DNA of 64,000 nt, taken from assembly GCA_944380065.1 (NCBI GenBank), contig CALWGM010000114.1, forward strand, positions 31,082 to 95,081. Reading direction: 5' to 3'. Source of the DNA: an uncultured Lachnospiraceae bacterium. Lineage in GTDB: Bacteria > Bacillota > Clostridia > Lachnospirales > Lachnospiraceae. Made by a program: the position numbers and the translations under genes. The notes below the pieces were generated by a model, which saw only the letters and a list, made by a program, of their open reading frames with translations, was not told the origin of the DNA and did not search any database. This document shows, piece by piece, positions 53,401 to 62,700 of the stretch (positions are counted from its first letter, which is position 1; each line of letters begins with the position of its first letter).

Positions 53401-55410
53401 CTATTTCTTTTTTCTTAAAATCACGGTGGAGAACGGTTTCATCTCACCGTCCATCACCCCCAGCAGCACCTCGGCTCCTTCCAGATCCGGGGAGAAGGCT
53501 GTGGGCTGTGCGTTGTAATTCTGGATAAAGATATAGGCATTCTCTGCATCCTCCCGCACAGATACGGCAATCCCCTCCGGAATCGGCTGGGCAAATACCC
53601 GCTTTACCTCCGCCTGGGCGGCGATATCCGCGTACAGATCGTCATAAAATGCCTGCTCCGCGTCTGCGCAGATATAGAATGCTTTTCCTTTTCCAAAAAC
53701 ATTTTCCGTGGCAGCCGGGGTTCCCGCGTAGAAGTCCTTTCCATACTGATACAGCGTCCTGGCCGTGGAAGGCTTTACCAGCTGGCAGAGATGCTCACAG
53801 GTATATGTCTTCCCGCCGTCCACGGAAACCATCTCGTTGGACTCGCCTTCATAGAGGGCGTCAATCTCCGTACTGCGCAGCCCCATCACATCCATCAGGC
53901 CGCCGGGCGTGCCTCCCAGTACACAGCAGTCATTTTCATCCACCACGCCGCTCCAGTACGTAAGGATGAAATACCCGCCGTTTTCCACAAACCGGCGCAC
54001 TTTCTCCGAAAATCCCGGCCGGAACAGATACAGCAGGGGCGCCGCCACAATCCGGTAGCAGTCCAGTTCCTGGGTACCGTCGATCATATCCACATTCAGC
54101 CCCAACTTGCGGAACGCATAATAAGACTTCTCCACGGTTTCTTTGTAAAACATATTCTCATTCCGGGGACCGCAGGAGCCTTCCACCGCCCAGCGGTTTT
54201 CCCAGTCATAGATCACGGCCACCTGTGATTCCACCCGGCCCAGATCCATCCGGCTCAGCTGCTCCAGGTCGTCTCCCACCTGGCAGCATTCCTGGAAGAC
54301 CCTGTCATCCTCTTTTCCATAGTGGTCGATCACAGCGCCATGGAACTTCTCAAAGCCGCCCCTGTTTTTGCGGATCTGGAAATACAGAACGCTTTCTGAT
54401 CCGTGGGCGATGGCCTGCAGGGAAGCGTTCTCTATGATTCCCGGCTTTCTCAGTCTGCTTACCGGCACCCAGTTGACAGAACTGGGGCTGGACTCCATCA
54501 GCAGGAACGGCTCCTTCTTCAGGGTCCGCATGATGTCATGCTGCATCGCGCTCTTCATGGCGGTCACCGGCTCCTTCTGATGATGCCACTGGGGATAATT
54601 ATCCCAGGATACCACATCCAGCACCCTGGCCATCTCATGATAGTTGATCAGCGGGTAATTATACATAAAATTCGTGGTGGCCGGTTTTTTTGCCCCCGCA
54701 TCCCGCAGCGCCTGGATCTCCGCCCTGCAGAAATCCGTGATCTGGTGGGAAGTAAAACGTCTCCAGTCAAGAGCAAGTCCCTGGATCGATCCCTCTCCGA
54801 TGGAGGACGGGCTCTCGATCTGGTCAAAACTCTGATAGGTATGGCTCCAGAAAGCCGTATTCCATCTCCGGTTTACCTCATCAATGGTCTGGTATCTCTC
54901 CTTCAGCCAGTCCCGGAACGCCTGCTGGCACAGCGGGCAATGGCACTCACCGCCAAACTCATTGGAAATGTGCCACAGGATCACAGCCGGATGATGGTCA
55001 AACCGTTTTGCCAGTTCCATATTGATATCCCTCACCTTTTTCCGGTACGCCGGGGAAGTAAAGCAGGCATTGTGACGCAGCCCGAAGATCTGTCTCCGCC
55101 TGGCTTCATCCACCTGCAGCACCTCCGGGTACCTGTCTGCCAGCCAGTGAGGCCGCGCCCCGGAAGGCGTCCCTAAGATCACGGAGATCCCGTTTTCATA
55201 CAGTCTGTCAATCATGTCCGCCAGCCAGTCAAAATCATACACCCCATCCTCCGGCTCTAACTTTGCCCAGGCAAACATGGCAAGGGTCACCGTGTTGATG
55301 TGCGCCTTCTTCATCAGGCGGATATCCTCTTCCAAAATCTCCGGGTATTCCAGCCACTGATCCGGGTTGTAGTCGCCCCCGTATAAAAGTCTGTCAAATT
55401 TCACTGCCAT
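53401..55410 (-). CDS. Beta-galactosidase, GH42 family (second paralog)
   Basis: YGGDYNPDQW, FAWAKLEP, GTPSGARP, WHISNE, LMESSP, EKFHGAV. Confidence 0.95.
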   Translation of the reverse strand: MAVKFDRLLYGGDYNPDQWLEYPEILEEDIRLMKKAHINTVTLAMFAWAKLEPEDGVYDFDWLADMIDRLYENGISVILGTPSGARPHWLADRYPEVLQVDEARRRQIFGLRHNACFTSPAYRKKVRDINMELAKRFDHHPAVILWHISNEFGGECHCPLCQQAFRDWLKERYQTIDEVNRRWNTAFWSHTYQSFDQIESPSSIGEGSIQGLALDWRRFTSHQITDFCRAEIQALRDAGAKKPATTNFMYNYPLINYHEMARVLDVVSWDNYPQWHHQKEPVTAMKSAMQHDIMRTLKKEPFLLMESSPSSVNWVPVSRLRKPGIIENASLQAIAHGSESVLYFQIRKNRGGFEKFHGAVIDHYGKEDDRVFQECCQVGDDLEQLSRMDLGRVESQVAVIYDWENRWAVEGSCGPRNENMFYKETVEKSYYAFRKLGLNVDMIDGTQELDCYRIVAAPLLYLFRPGFSEKVRRFVENGGYFILTYWSGVVDENDCCVLGGTPGGLMDVMGLRSTEIDALYEGESNEMVSVDGGKTYTCEHLCQLVKPSTARTLYQYGKDFYAGTPAATENVFGKGKAFYICADAEQAFYDDLYADIAAQAEVKRVFAQPIPEGIAVSVREDAENAYIFIQNYNAQPTAFSPDLEGAEVLLGVMDGEMKPFSTVILRKKK

Positions 55411-55471
55411 TTCTCTGCTCCTCTTTTCTCTTTATTTGATCCAGATAACCATCTGAACATCAGAATTCATC

Positions 55472-56227
55472 CTAATTTTCCGCCTGTTCCTGTTCGCTGC
55501 CGGAACCGTCGGAAGCTTCTGCCTGTTCCGTCTCAGCCTGCACAGTCTCGTCATTCACCAGCTCCATAATCTGCTGGCCATCCTTATAGAGCGTCAGGGT
55601 ACTGTAGTCCTCATCGGCCGTATAGGTATACAGGGTGGAACCATCGGCGCCAACCAGTTCGATCTGATCCTCATCCGCCACATAGCGCATCAGGGTCTCC
55701 ATGGCAAAGGTCCCGTCACTGTAAAAATTGTAATACTGCCCGTCCGAAGAAAGATATACCCCGTCAAACGCCGCGCTTCCCGAGAGTCCGTCCGTTCCCT
55801 CATCCAGCACAAGCTCCGCGGCCGCGTCGCCGTCAAAATCCTGGGACTCTCCCTCCACATAGATCACACGGGTATAACTGCCGTCCCCGTCATCCCGCAG
55901 CGCGTAGGTGGTGCTGGCCATCTGTCCCGCCTCTGTATCCGCATAATATAACATGGTCAGAAGCTGTGTGCCATCCTCCGCCACAGTCAGGGCGTAGTTG
56001 CCCACATATCCGTACCTGCAGTTTCCCTCCGGGTCGAAAAGCATCCGCACACGGATATTGCTCCCCGCCCAGTAGGTATCATTCAGAGTCACCGTTGACT
56101 CTATCCCGGATTCCCCGGCATCCGCCTCCGTTTCGCTGCCCTCCGGCGTGTCCGCTGACTGACACCCCGCAAAACTGAGTGCAATCGCAGATGCCGCCAT
56201 CACGGCGATCAACTTCTTTGCTTTCAT
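55472..56227 (-). CDS. Hypothetical acidic lipoprotein
   Basis: Lipobox FAGC; two beta-rich repeats; own TTGTGA-N17-TATAAT promoter (56339-56311). Confidence 0.75.
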   Translation of the reverse strand: MKAKKLIAVMAASAIALSFAGCQSADTPEGSETEADAGESGIESTVTLNDTYWAGSNIRVRMLFDPEGNCRYGYVGNYALTVAEDGTQLLTMLYYADTEAGQMASTTYALRDDGDGSYTRVIYVEGESQDFDGDAAAELVLDEGTDGLSGSAAFDGVYLSSDGQYYNFYSDGTFAMETLMRYVADEDQIELVGADGSTLYTYTADEDYSTLTLYKDGQQIMELVNDETVQAETEQAEASDGSGSEQEQAEN

Positions 56228-56431
56228 GAAAAAAACTCCTTACTTTCCAGATTCGAGGCCGGACACGGCTCTCACCGGGTCCGTAAAACACCTCGCTAAG
56301 TGATCACATTATTATACCATGTCTCAACTTTTTTCACAACCCGTTGCGCAGCCGAAAAAATAAAATCAGGAGCGGAGACATAAGCCTCCGCTTCCTGAAA
56401 AAACATATTCTGAAACAAGTTCCTGATACTG

Positions 56432-57271
56432 TTATTTTACAGCACCTGTAATACCTTCTGCGAACTGCTTCTGCAGTACGAAGAATACTACCATGGTCGG
56501 GATGGAACAGAACAATACGCCCATCATGATCAGACCATAATCGATTACGTAACCGCCGGTGGTATTGGCGATCAGCATAACCATGTTCAGTGTCTTGCCG
56601 TTTGTCATAGAAACTACCGGCCACAGGTAAGCGTTCCATGCATTCATGAATGTGATAACCGCAGCTGCCGCATAGGTGGATTTCATGGTCGGGAAGAACA
56701 TCCGGAAGAAAATCTGGAATTCTCTCAGACCGTCCATACGTGCAGCCTCGATGATGTCAATCGGGAATGCACGGGCATTTTGTCGGAACATCATGATCAT
56801 AAATGGCGTCGATATCATCGGCAGGAAGAAGCCGGGAATCGTGTTCAGCAGATGTGCCGTAGAGAACATCTTGAACAGCGGGATCATCGTTGCCACCTGC
56901 GGGATCATCATTGCCAGCAGCAGGATGGAGAACAGCAGGTCTTTATATTTGTCATGATAAACCTCGAATCCATAACCGGCCAGGGAACAGATGAACAGAC
57001 AGATCACTGTCACGCTGATCGCGTAGGCAAAGGAGTTGCCCATCGCCCGGCTCAGCGGCTGCTGGTCGATCAGGTTGCGGAAGTTCTGCGCCGCGTAAGC
57101 GCCCGGGATCAGACGTCCACGGGACACGTCAGCCATCGTATTCGTAGCTGCTGAAATCATCCAGTAGAACGGGAACACGGAGAATATGGAAAAAATCGTC
57201 AGGAAAATGTACGTAGGGATCAGCCTGCGCTGAATCATCGATTTATTTTTCTTTTTAGTCACGTGTATCAC
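56432..57271 (-). CDS. Carbohydrate ABC transporter permease (MalG-like)
   Basis: PFYWMI, EAA loop IIEAARMDG..FQIF, six TM helices. Confidence 0.95.
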   Translation of the reverse strand: MIHVTKKKNKSMIQRRLIPTYIFLTIFSIFSVFPFYWMISAATNTMADVSRGRLIPGAYAAQNFRNLIDQQPLSRAMGNSFAYAISVTVICLFICSLAGYGFEVYHDKYKDLLFSILLLAMMIPQVATMIPLFKMFSTAHLLNTIPGFFLPMISTPFMIMMFRQNARAFPIDIIEAARMDGLREFQIFFRMFFPTMKSTYAAAAVITFMNAWNAYLWPVVSMTNGKTLNMVMLIANTTGGYVIDYGLIMMGVLFCSIPTMVVFFVLQKQFAEGITGAVK

Positions 57272-58148
57272 CTACCTTCAAATTAATAAATGCAAGAATC
57301 GCCACGAGTATGAAGATGAAGAATGCCATTGCACAGGCATATCCAAAGTTCGGCGACCGCAGGAAGCAGGAGTTGTATACGTAATGGGACATGGTAATCG
57401 TCGCATTCGCAGGTCCACCGTTTGTCAGGTTCACAGACTCATCAAACAGCTGCAGCGTACCATTGATGGACATGATGAATGTCATGATAATGGTCGGCTT
57501 TAACAGCGGAACGGTAATCTTCCAGAATGTCTTCCAGCCGCTGGCGCCGTCAATCTGCGCTGCCTCATATACAGAGTACTCAATATTCTGAAGTCCTGCC
57601 AGGTAAAATACCATATTATATCCCGTCCATCTCCAGATCAGGGCGAAGATGATAACGAACTTGGCAGTTGCTGCATTTCCCAGCCAGTTATATCCCGTCT
57701 CCATCAGTCCCAGCGCCTGGAATACGTGGTTAACAAAACCATCCTGGGCAAACAGGAAACGGAAGATCAGTGCATAAGATACCAGGGAAGTCGCACAGGG
57801 AAGGAATACACAGGTACGGAACAGACCCTTGAATCTTAAATTTCTGTTGTTCAGAAGCTGAGCCAGCAGGATCGCCAGCACCAGCATGATCGGCACCTGG
57901 ATCGCCAGGTAGATAAATGTATTCCCAACAGAACGTAAGAATACACGATCATTAAACATACGCACGTAATTGTCAAAGCCGGTGAACGTCATATTCGTGC
58001 CCACACCGGTCTGGAGGGACATGATAAATGCCTTGATCATCGGGAAGAAGCTCATGATCGCAATCATGGCCGAAGCCGGAATCAGGAAAACCCATCCAGC
58101 CGCATTCTGCTTTGCCAGCAGAGACATGCCTTTCTTTTTAGGTTCCAC
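57255..58148 (-). CDS. Carbohydrate ABC transporter permease (MalF-like)
   Basis: GFDNY, EAA loop YEAAQIDGASGWKTFWKITVP, QLFDE..LT.GGP. Confidence 0.95.
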   Translation of the reverse strand: MEPKKKGMSLLAKQNAAGWVFLIPASAMIAIMSFFPMIKAFIMSLQTGVGTNMTFTGFDNYVRMFNDRVFLRSVGNTFIYLAIQVPIMLVLAILLAQLLNNRNLRFKGLFRTCVFLPCATSLVSYALIFRFLFAQDGFVNHVFQALGLMETGYNWLGNAATAKFVIIFALIWRWTGYNMVFYLAGLQNIEYSVYEAAQIDGASGWKTFWKITVPLLKPTIIMTFIMSINGTLQLFDESVNLTNGGPANATITMSHYVYNSCFLRSPNFGYACAMAFFIFILVAILAFINLKVGDTRD

Positions 58149-58259
58149 CTCAAAACCCCCTTTTCGATGAAAAAATGTGCGGGGACTGTACGCGCAGTCC
58201 CCGCACATTCCTTTACTACTGTTTCTTCAGATTCAAGTTACAGACTCGGTTTCCAGTTC

Positions 58260-59630
58260 TTAGAGACCAAGGATTGCCGCTGCATCAGCATTCGTAGAAT
58301 CCTCTGCCAGCTTCAGCTCGTCGTCGATATCGCCGCCGTTCATGATGTTCTGGATTGCAGTACCAACGTAGTTACGTCCGTCGTAGTACAGCGGGCTGGT
58401 ATTGTTGCTCGGAACCTTAGTACTCATCTCAACGATCTGTGAGTAGATGGGCTGGTTGTTCCAGAACTCCTGAGGCTCCTGGTAAACCGGATCATTAGCC
58501 ATCGGTGCGTAGCATGCGATCGCGGATGTGGTCGGAAGGATGTTCTCATACAGCACGGTGCTGCCTGCGAATGTGGTCTTTAAGAAGTCAATCGCCAGGT
58601 CTACATCCTTGCAGTTGGATGTGATGTACCAGGAAGAACCGCCGTTGTTGGAGTAATTCGTAGCGTTCGGTGTCTCAACCAGCTTCGGCATATTGGTGAT
58701 ATCCCACTTGCCTGCGTAATCATCTACGCCCATGATGGTGGACAGGATCCAGCATCCGTTGAAGGTACCAACAACCTGCCCGGTTGTGATAGAGGATACA
58801 TACTCATCCCAGGAGTTTACTTCGTAGTAAACGCCGGCCTCTACCATCTGCTGATAAATGTCGATACACTCTCTCAGTGCGTCATTGTTTACCATGTTTC
58901 CGGTGCCATCCTCGTTAAAGAGGGATGCGCCTGCGGACTGCAGCATCATCATAATGGAATCCGGGGAGTCAGCCTGTCCTGAGAACATGTACTTGCCAGT
59001 CTGATCTTTTACATCTTTAGCGATCTCGATCATTCTGTTCCAGTCGATGTCGGTCAGGTCATCGATGGTATAGCCGCACTCCTGAAGGATGTCGATGCGG
59101 TATGCGCCAACTACACAGCCGTTATCAAACGGAACACCGTAGTTCTTGCCGTCTACTGTAGAGTAAGCAAGCTTACCTGCTGTAAACTGGGAGAAGTCGA
59201 TACCGGAATCGGTCAGATCTGTAAATGCGTCCGGATATGCGGTAACGAACTTCTGATAAGAGTTATCCTGCATCAGGCAGATATCCGGCAGTGTGGAAAG
59301 ATCGCCGGAGGTAGCCGCTGTGATCAGACGGGTCTCGCAGTCATCAGACAGAACCTCTAATACTTCCATACCGAAATCAGGATTTGCCTCTTTGTAGATC
59401 TCTCCGGCTTCCATAATTGCCGGAATGTTGAAGGTGGGATCCCATGTCCATACAGTCAGCATGTTCTCGCCCTCGATCACATGTGATCCTGCTGTAGATC
59501 CGCCTCCATCGCTCTCTGCCGGTGCAGATGAATCGCCGCCAGCATTGCCGCCGCCACCGCAGCCAGCCATTGCGCCCATAGATGCTATCATGGCACCTAC
59601 GAGCAGAAGTGAAATAACTTTCTTCTTCAT
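58260..59630 (-). CDS. Carbohydrate ABC transporter substrate-binding lipoprotein
   Basis: Lipobox MAGC, LTVWTWD, LPDI, YGVPFD, YRIDIL, GGSSWYI. Confidence 0.95.
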   Translation of the reverse strand: MKKKVISLLLVGAMIASMGAMAGCGGGGNAGGDSSAPAESDGGGSTAGSHVIEGENMLTVWTWDPTFNIPAIMEAGEIYKEANPDFGMEVLEVLSDDCETRLITAATSGDLSTLPDICLMQDNSYQKFVTAYPDAFTDLTDSGIDFSQFTAGKLAYSTVDGKNYGVPFDNGCVVGAYRIDILQECGYTIDDLTDIDWNRMIEIAKDVKDQTGKYMFSGQADSPDSIMMMLQSAGASLFNEDGTGNMVNNDALRECIDIYQQMVEAGVYYEVNSWDEYVSSITTGQVVGTFNGCWILSTIMGVDDYAGKWDITNMPKLVETPNATNYSNNGGSSWYITSNCKDVDLAIDFLKTTFAGSTVLYENILPTTSAIACYAPMANDPVYQEPQEFWNNQPIYSQIVEMSTKVPSNNTSPLYYDGRNYVGTAIQNIMNGGDIDDELKLAEDSTNADAAAILGL

Positions 59631-60035
59631 GTGTTCTCCTCCTCATGAAAATAATATAATATCGTGCGGCAGCTTTCCCTTTGCCGTTTTGTCGAATATG
59701 CTCAACTGACAAAACGTCCGCCGCCTTCACATGTACATATTATATCAGAGCCCCCTCCCGCTTTGTTTGCATTTTCTTTTATAAAACATGCATATTTAAT
59801 CTTATATCGTAAAATCTACCAATTTAGTGTGATATTTCTATTCTTTTTTGACCATTTTATCAAATTTTTTCTTCTATTTTTCCTTCTTTCCGCTTTTTCG
59901 TAATTTGCACGAAAATCTGCCGGAGATTTTTCGACACTTTTACGAATGAATCACCAGACAGTTACTCCCCCCGCCGGGCGGGCCGCGGCGCCGCAGTCTT
60001 TCAGGATCCGCCTGACGGACGCGAAAAAAGGGATG

Positions 60036-60980
60036 TCACCATCCCTTTTCGATCAGTACATTATATTCCGCCAGCCTGCTCTCGTAATTGTCCGGCTGCT
60101 TCTTCCACTGGTACGGGGATGTACCGGTGATCCTCTTAAAATTGCGGTTAAAGGTGGAAGTCGTCGTAAACCCCACCTTTACCGCGATCTCCTCCATGGA
60201 ATTCCCCGTTTTTTTGATCAGGTCGCAGGCCTTGCGGATCCGCACCTGATTCAGGTATTCCACCGGCGTCATGCCGATATTTTCCTCAAACAGGCGCCGG
60301 AAATGAGATTCGCTGATATGGCACACGGAAGCAATTTCCGAGATCTTCATCGGCTGGGCATAATGGCTGCGGATATACTCAAGCGCCGGACGCACCTGGT
60401 CAAATCCGCCTCTTTTCTGCCGAAGCCCCCCCTCTGACAGCAGCGCGCTGCCGGAATTGATCCGCACGATCTGGATCAGGAGAGCCAGCGAAAGGCCGCG
60501 CACACTCTCTTTATAGAGGACGTCCCGTTTCTGCCGGATCTCTTCCAATATCGTATGCACCAGGGCCGCAAGCTCCGCCGCGTCTGATTCACGCCCCAGA
60601 TACGCTTTCTGGTTGACCTTCTCCAGCATCTTCTGCTGGAACAGCAGGTCGTCCGGGTACATGGCCTGCAGGATCTTTTCCACATCCACAAACAGATATT
60701 CCCAGTAGCTTTCCGTCTGCTCCCTGCTGACCGTATTGTGCGGATAGTTCGGCGGGATCACGCTGATCATCCCTGCATGGTAGGGATGGGACTCCTGCTC
60801 TAACAGCAGAACCCCGCTGCCATAATGGCAGACGCCGATCTCCATCAGATTGTGGAAATGCATCAGGCTGTTTTCCGAACCATATCTCCGTTTCCAGTGG
60901 TCCCCCTGCAGCGCAATCAGAAACTCATTCTGCGGAACGTCATAATACCTCAGTTCAACCTTTCCTTTTGTCTTTTTCAT
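60036..60980 (-). CDS. AraC family transcriptional regulator
   Basis: N-terminal cupin (HFHNLMEIG) and C-terminal double HTH (ISESHFRRLF..G.TP..Y...RI.KA..L). Confidence 0.95.
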   Translation of the reverse strand: MKKTKGKVELRYYDVPQNEFLIALQGDHWKRRYGSENSLMHFHNLMEIGVCHYGSGVLLLEQESHPYHAGMISVIPPNYPHNTVSREQTESYWEYLFVDVEKILQAMYPDDLLFQQKMLEKVNQKAYLGRESDAAELAALVHTILEEIRQKRDVLYKESVRGLSLALLIQIVRINSGSALLSEGGLRQKRGGFDQVRPALEYIRSHYAQPMKISEIASVCHISESHFRRLFEENIGMTPVEYLNQVRIRKACDLIKKTGNSMEEIAVKVGFTTTSTFNRNFKRITGTSPYQWKKQPDNYESRLAEYNVLIEKGW

Positions 60981-61489
60981 TGGAGAAATACCTTCATGGG
61001 ATAACGCAGCTTCAAAAACCGCAGAGTCTCTTCGTTCAGATCCAGCAAAAGCTTGATCTTTTCGCCATTTTTGCTGATGATCATGGTATAGTAGGGAATG
61101 TCATCCTCATAAGAAGTATAATCGTATTTTCTGATCTTTTCCGTACCGCCCTTCTTTTTGTACTTCATGACCGTCTCGTGGTCGGGCGGCGCTACGACTT
61201 CCAGGTTTTTATAATACAGCACATGCGCTGTCCTGCGGCGGCGTTTTCCCTTGATCACATCGATGGAGAACTGCTCGTTCTCAAAATTGTATTCATAGGC
61301 GCTGTCGTTGAACATGCTGTAAATATAGTACAGCGCCGCCAGAAGAAACGCCGGCATAAAATACCCGCTCTGGAAAATAATTCCCAGGATCACAAAAATC
61401 ACCGCAAAAATCACCATCAGCCGGCCAAGAAGCTTCGAGCCCTTCTTCGGCTTCCTCTGCACCTGCTGCGTCAACTTAAAATCCATCAT
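60977..61489 (-). CDS. DUF6106-like membrane protein
   Basis: Two N-terminal TM helices then EY....FSIDVI.GK.RR and YDYTS; family recalled from Lachnospiraceae. Confidence 0.65.
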   Translation of the reverse strand: MMDFKLTQQVQRKPKKGSKLLGRLMVIFAVIFVILGIIFQSGYFMPAFLLAALYYIYSMFNDSAYEYNFENEQFSIDVIKGKRRRRTAHVLYYKNLEVVAPPDHETVMKYKKKGGTEKIRKYDYTSYEDDIPYYTMIISKNGEKIKLLLDLNEETLRFLKLRYPMKVFLQ

Positions 61490-61631
61490 ATCGGTAAAAC
61501 AATTCCTTTCGTTGCTTATAGAAGCCCCCGTTTTTCCTTATACCGGGAAACAGGGAACCCCTTCCCTGATCCCCGGCCTCCCCGGGAATCGCTGCGGCGC
61601 CTGCCCGCAGCAATCCCGGAACACTTCCGTG

Positions 61632-62657
61632 TCAGTCGGCATACCCGTTCGGGTTGTTGCTCTGCCATCTCCAGGAATCCTCGCACATCTCCTCGATGCC
61701 GTACTGAGCCTCCCAGCCCAGCTCTCTTTTCGCCTTGGCGGGATCGCAGTAGCACATGGCGATATCGCCGGGACGGCGGGGTTTGATCTGGTAATTGATG
61801 GGGTGTCCGCAGGCCTTCTCAAAGGCGTGCACCACCTGCAGCACACTGTAACCGTTTCCGGTTCCCAGGTTGTAGATGGAAACGCCCTCCTTGTCCGCCA
61901 GCTTCTCCACCGCTTTTACATGTCCCACGGCCAGATCCACCACATGGATGTAATCCCGCACACCGGTTCCGTCCGGCGTGTCATAGTCGTCTCCGAATAC
62001 GCCCAGACATTCTAACTTGCCGATGGCAACCTGCGCCACGTAGGGAAGCAGGTTGTTGGGGATTCCCTTCGGATCCTCGCCGATCTTTCCGCTCTTGTGG
62101 GCGCCGATGGGGTTGAAGTAGCGCAGCAGCACCACATTCCACTCCGGATCTGAAGTATGGACGTCGGTGAGGATCTGCTCCAGCATACTCTTGGTCCATC
62201 CGTACGGGTTCGTACAGGTTCCTTTCGGGCAGTTCTCCGTGATGGGGATCTCCGCCGGATCACCGTAAACGGTTGCAGAAGAACTGAAAATAATATTCTT
62301 GCAGCCGTGGTTTCTCATCACATCCACCAGCACCAATGTGCCGCCGATGTTATTGTGGTAATACTCGATGGGCTTTGCCACAGACTCGCCCACGGCCTTC
62401 AGCCCTGCGAAATGGATCACCGCGTCGATCTGGTTCTCCTCAAAGATCTTTGTCATGCCCTCGCGGTTCAGAATATCATCTTCATAGAATTTCAGCGTCT
62501 TTCCTGTAATCTCCTGTACCCGGTCCAGCGCTTTTTTGCTGGAATTGTACAGGTTGTCTACGACAATCACATCATACCCTGCATTCAAAAGCTCCACACA
62601 TGTATGGCTGCCGATATATCCGGCGCCGCCTGTTACTAAAATAGTCATTGTATCCAT
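61632..62657 (-). CDS. galE: UDP-glucose 4-epimerase
   Basis: [54 protein letters not shown]. Confidence 0.98.
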   Translation of the reverse strand: MDTMTILVTGGAGYIGSHTCVELLNAGYDVIVVDNLYNSSKKALDRVQEITGKTLKFYEDDILNREGMTKIFEENQIDAVIHFAGLKAVGESVAKPIEYYHNNIGGTLVLVDVMRNHGCKNIIFSSSATVYGDPAEIPITENCPKGTCTNPYGWTKSMLEQILTDVHTSDPEWNVVLLRYFNPIGAHKSGKIGEDPKGIPNNLLPYVAQVAIGKLECLGVFGDDYDTPDGTGVRDYIHVVDLAVGHVKAVEKLADKEGVSIYNLGTGNGYSVLQVVHAFEKACGHPINYQIKPRRPGDIAMCYCDPAKAKRELGWEAQYGIEEMCEDSWRWQSNNPNGYAD

Positions 62658-62700
62658 CCTCCTTTTCCATGATCACCCGCGGCCGCAGGCCGCAGCTTTC

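Noticed and set aside
56432-59630. Lower-GC ABC transporter operon as a horizontal acquisition
   Set aside because: The codon pattern (GGT, GTA, AAC, GCA) is what highly expressed genes show, and the operon fits the surrounding galactoside locus; no mobility marks.
59690-59936. Two perfect Spo0A boxes (TGTCGAA) upstream of the sugar-binding protein, and one near 33255
   Set aside because: A 7-mer is expected about 8 times by chance on both strands of 64 kb, and the 59690 copy is explained by a 9-bp inverted repeat (59685-59716).
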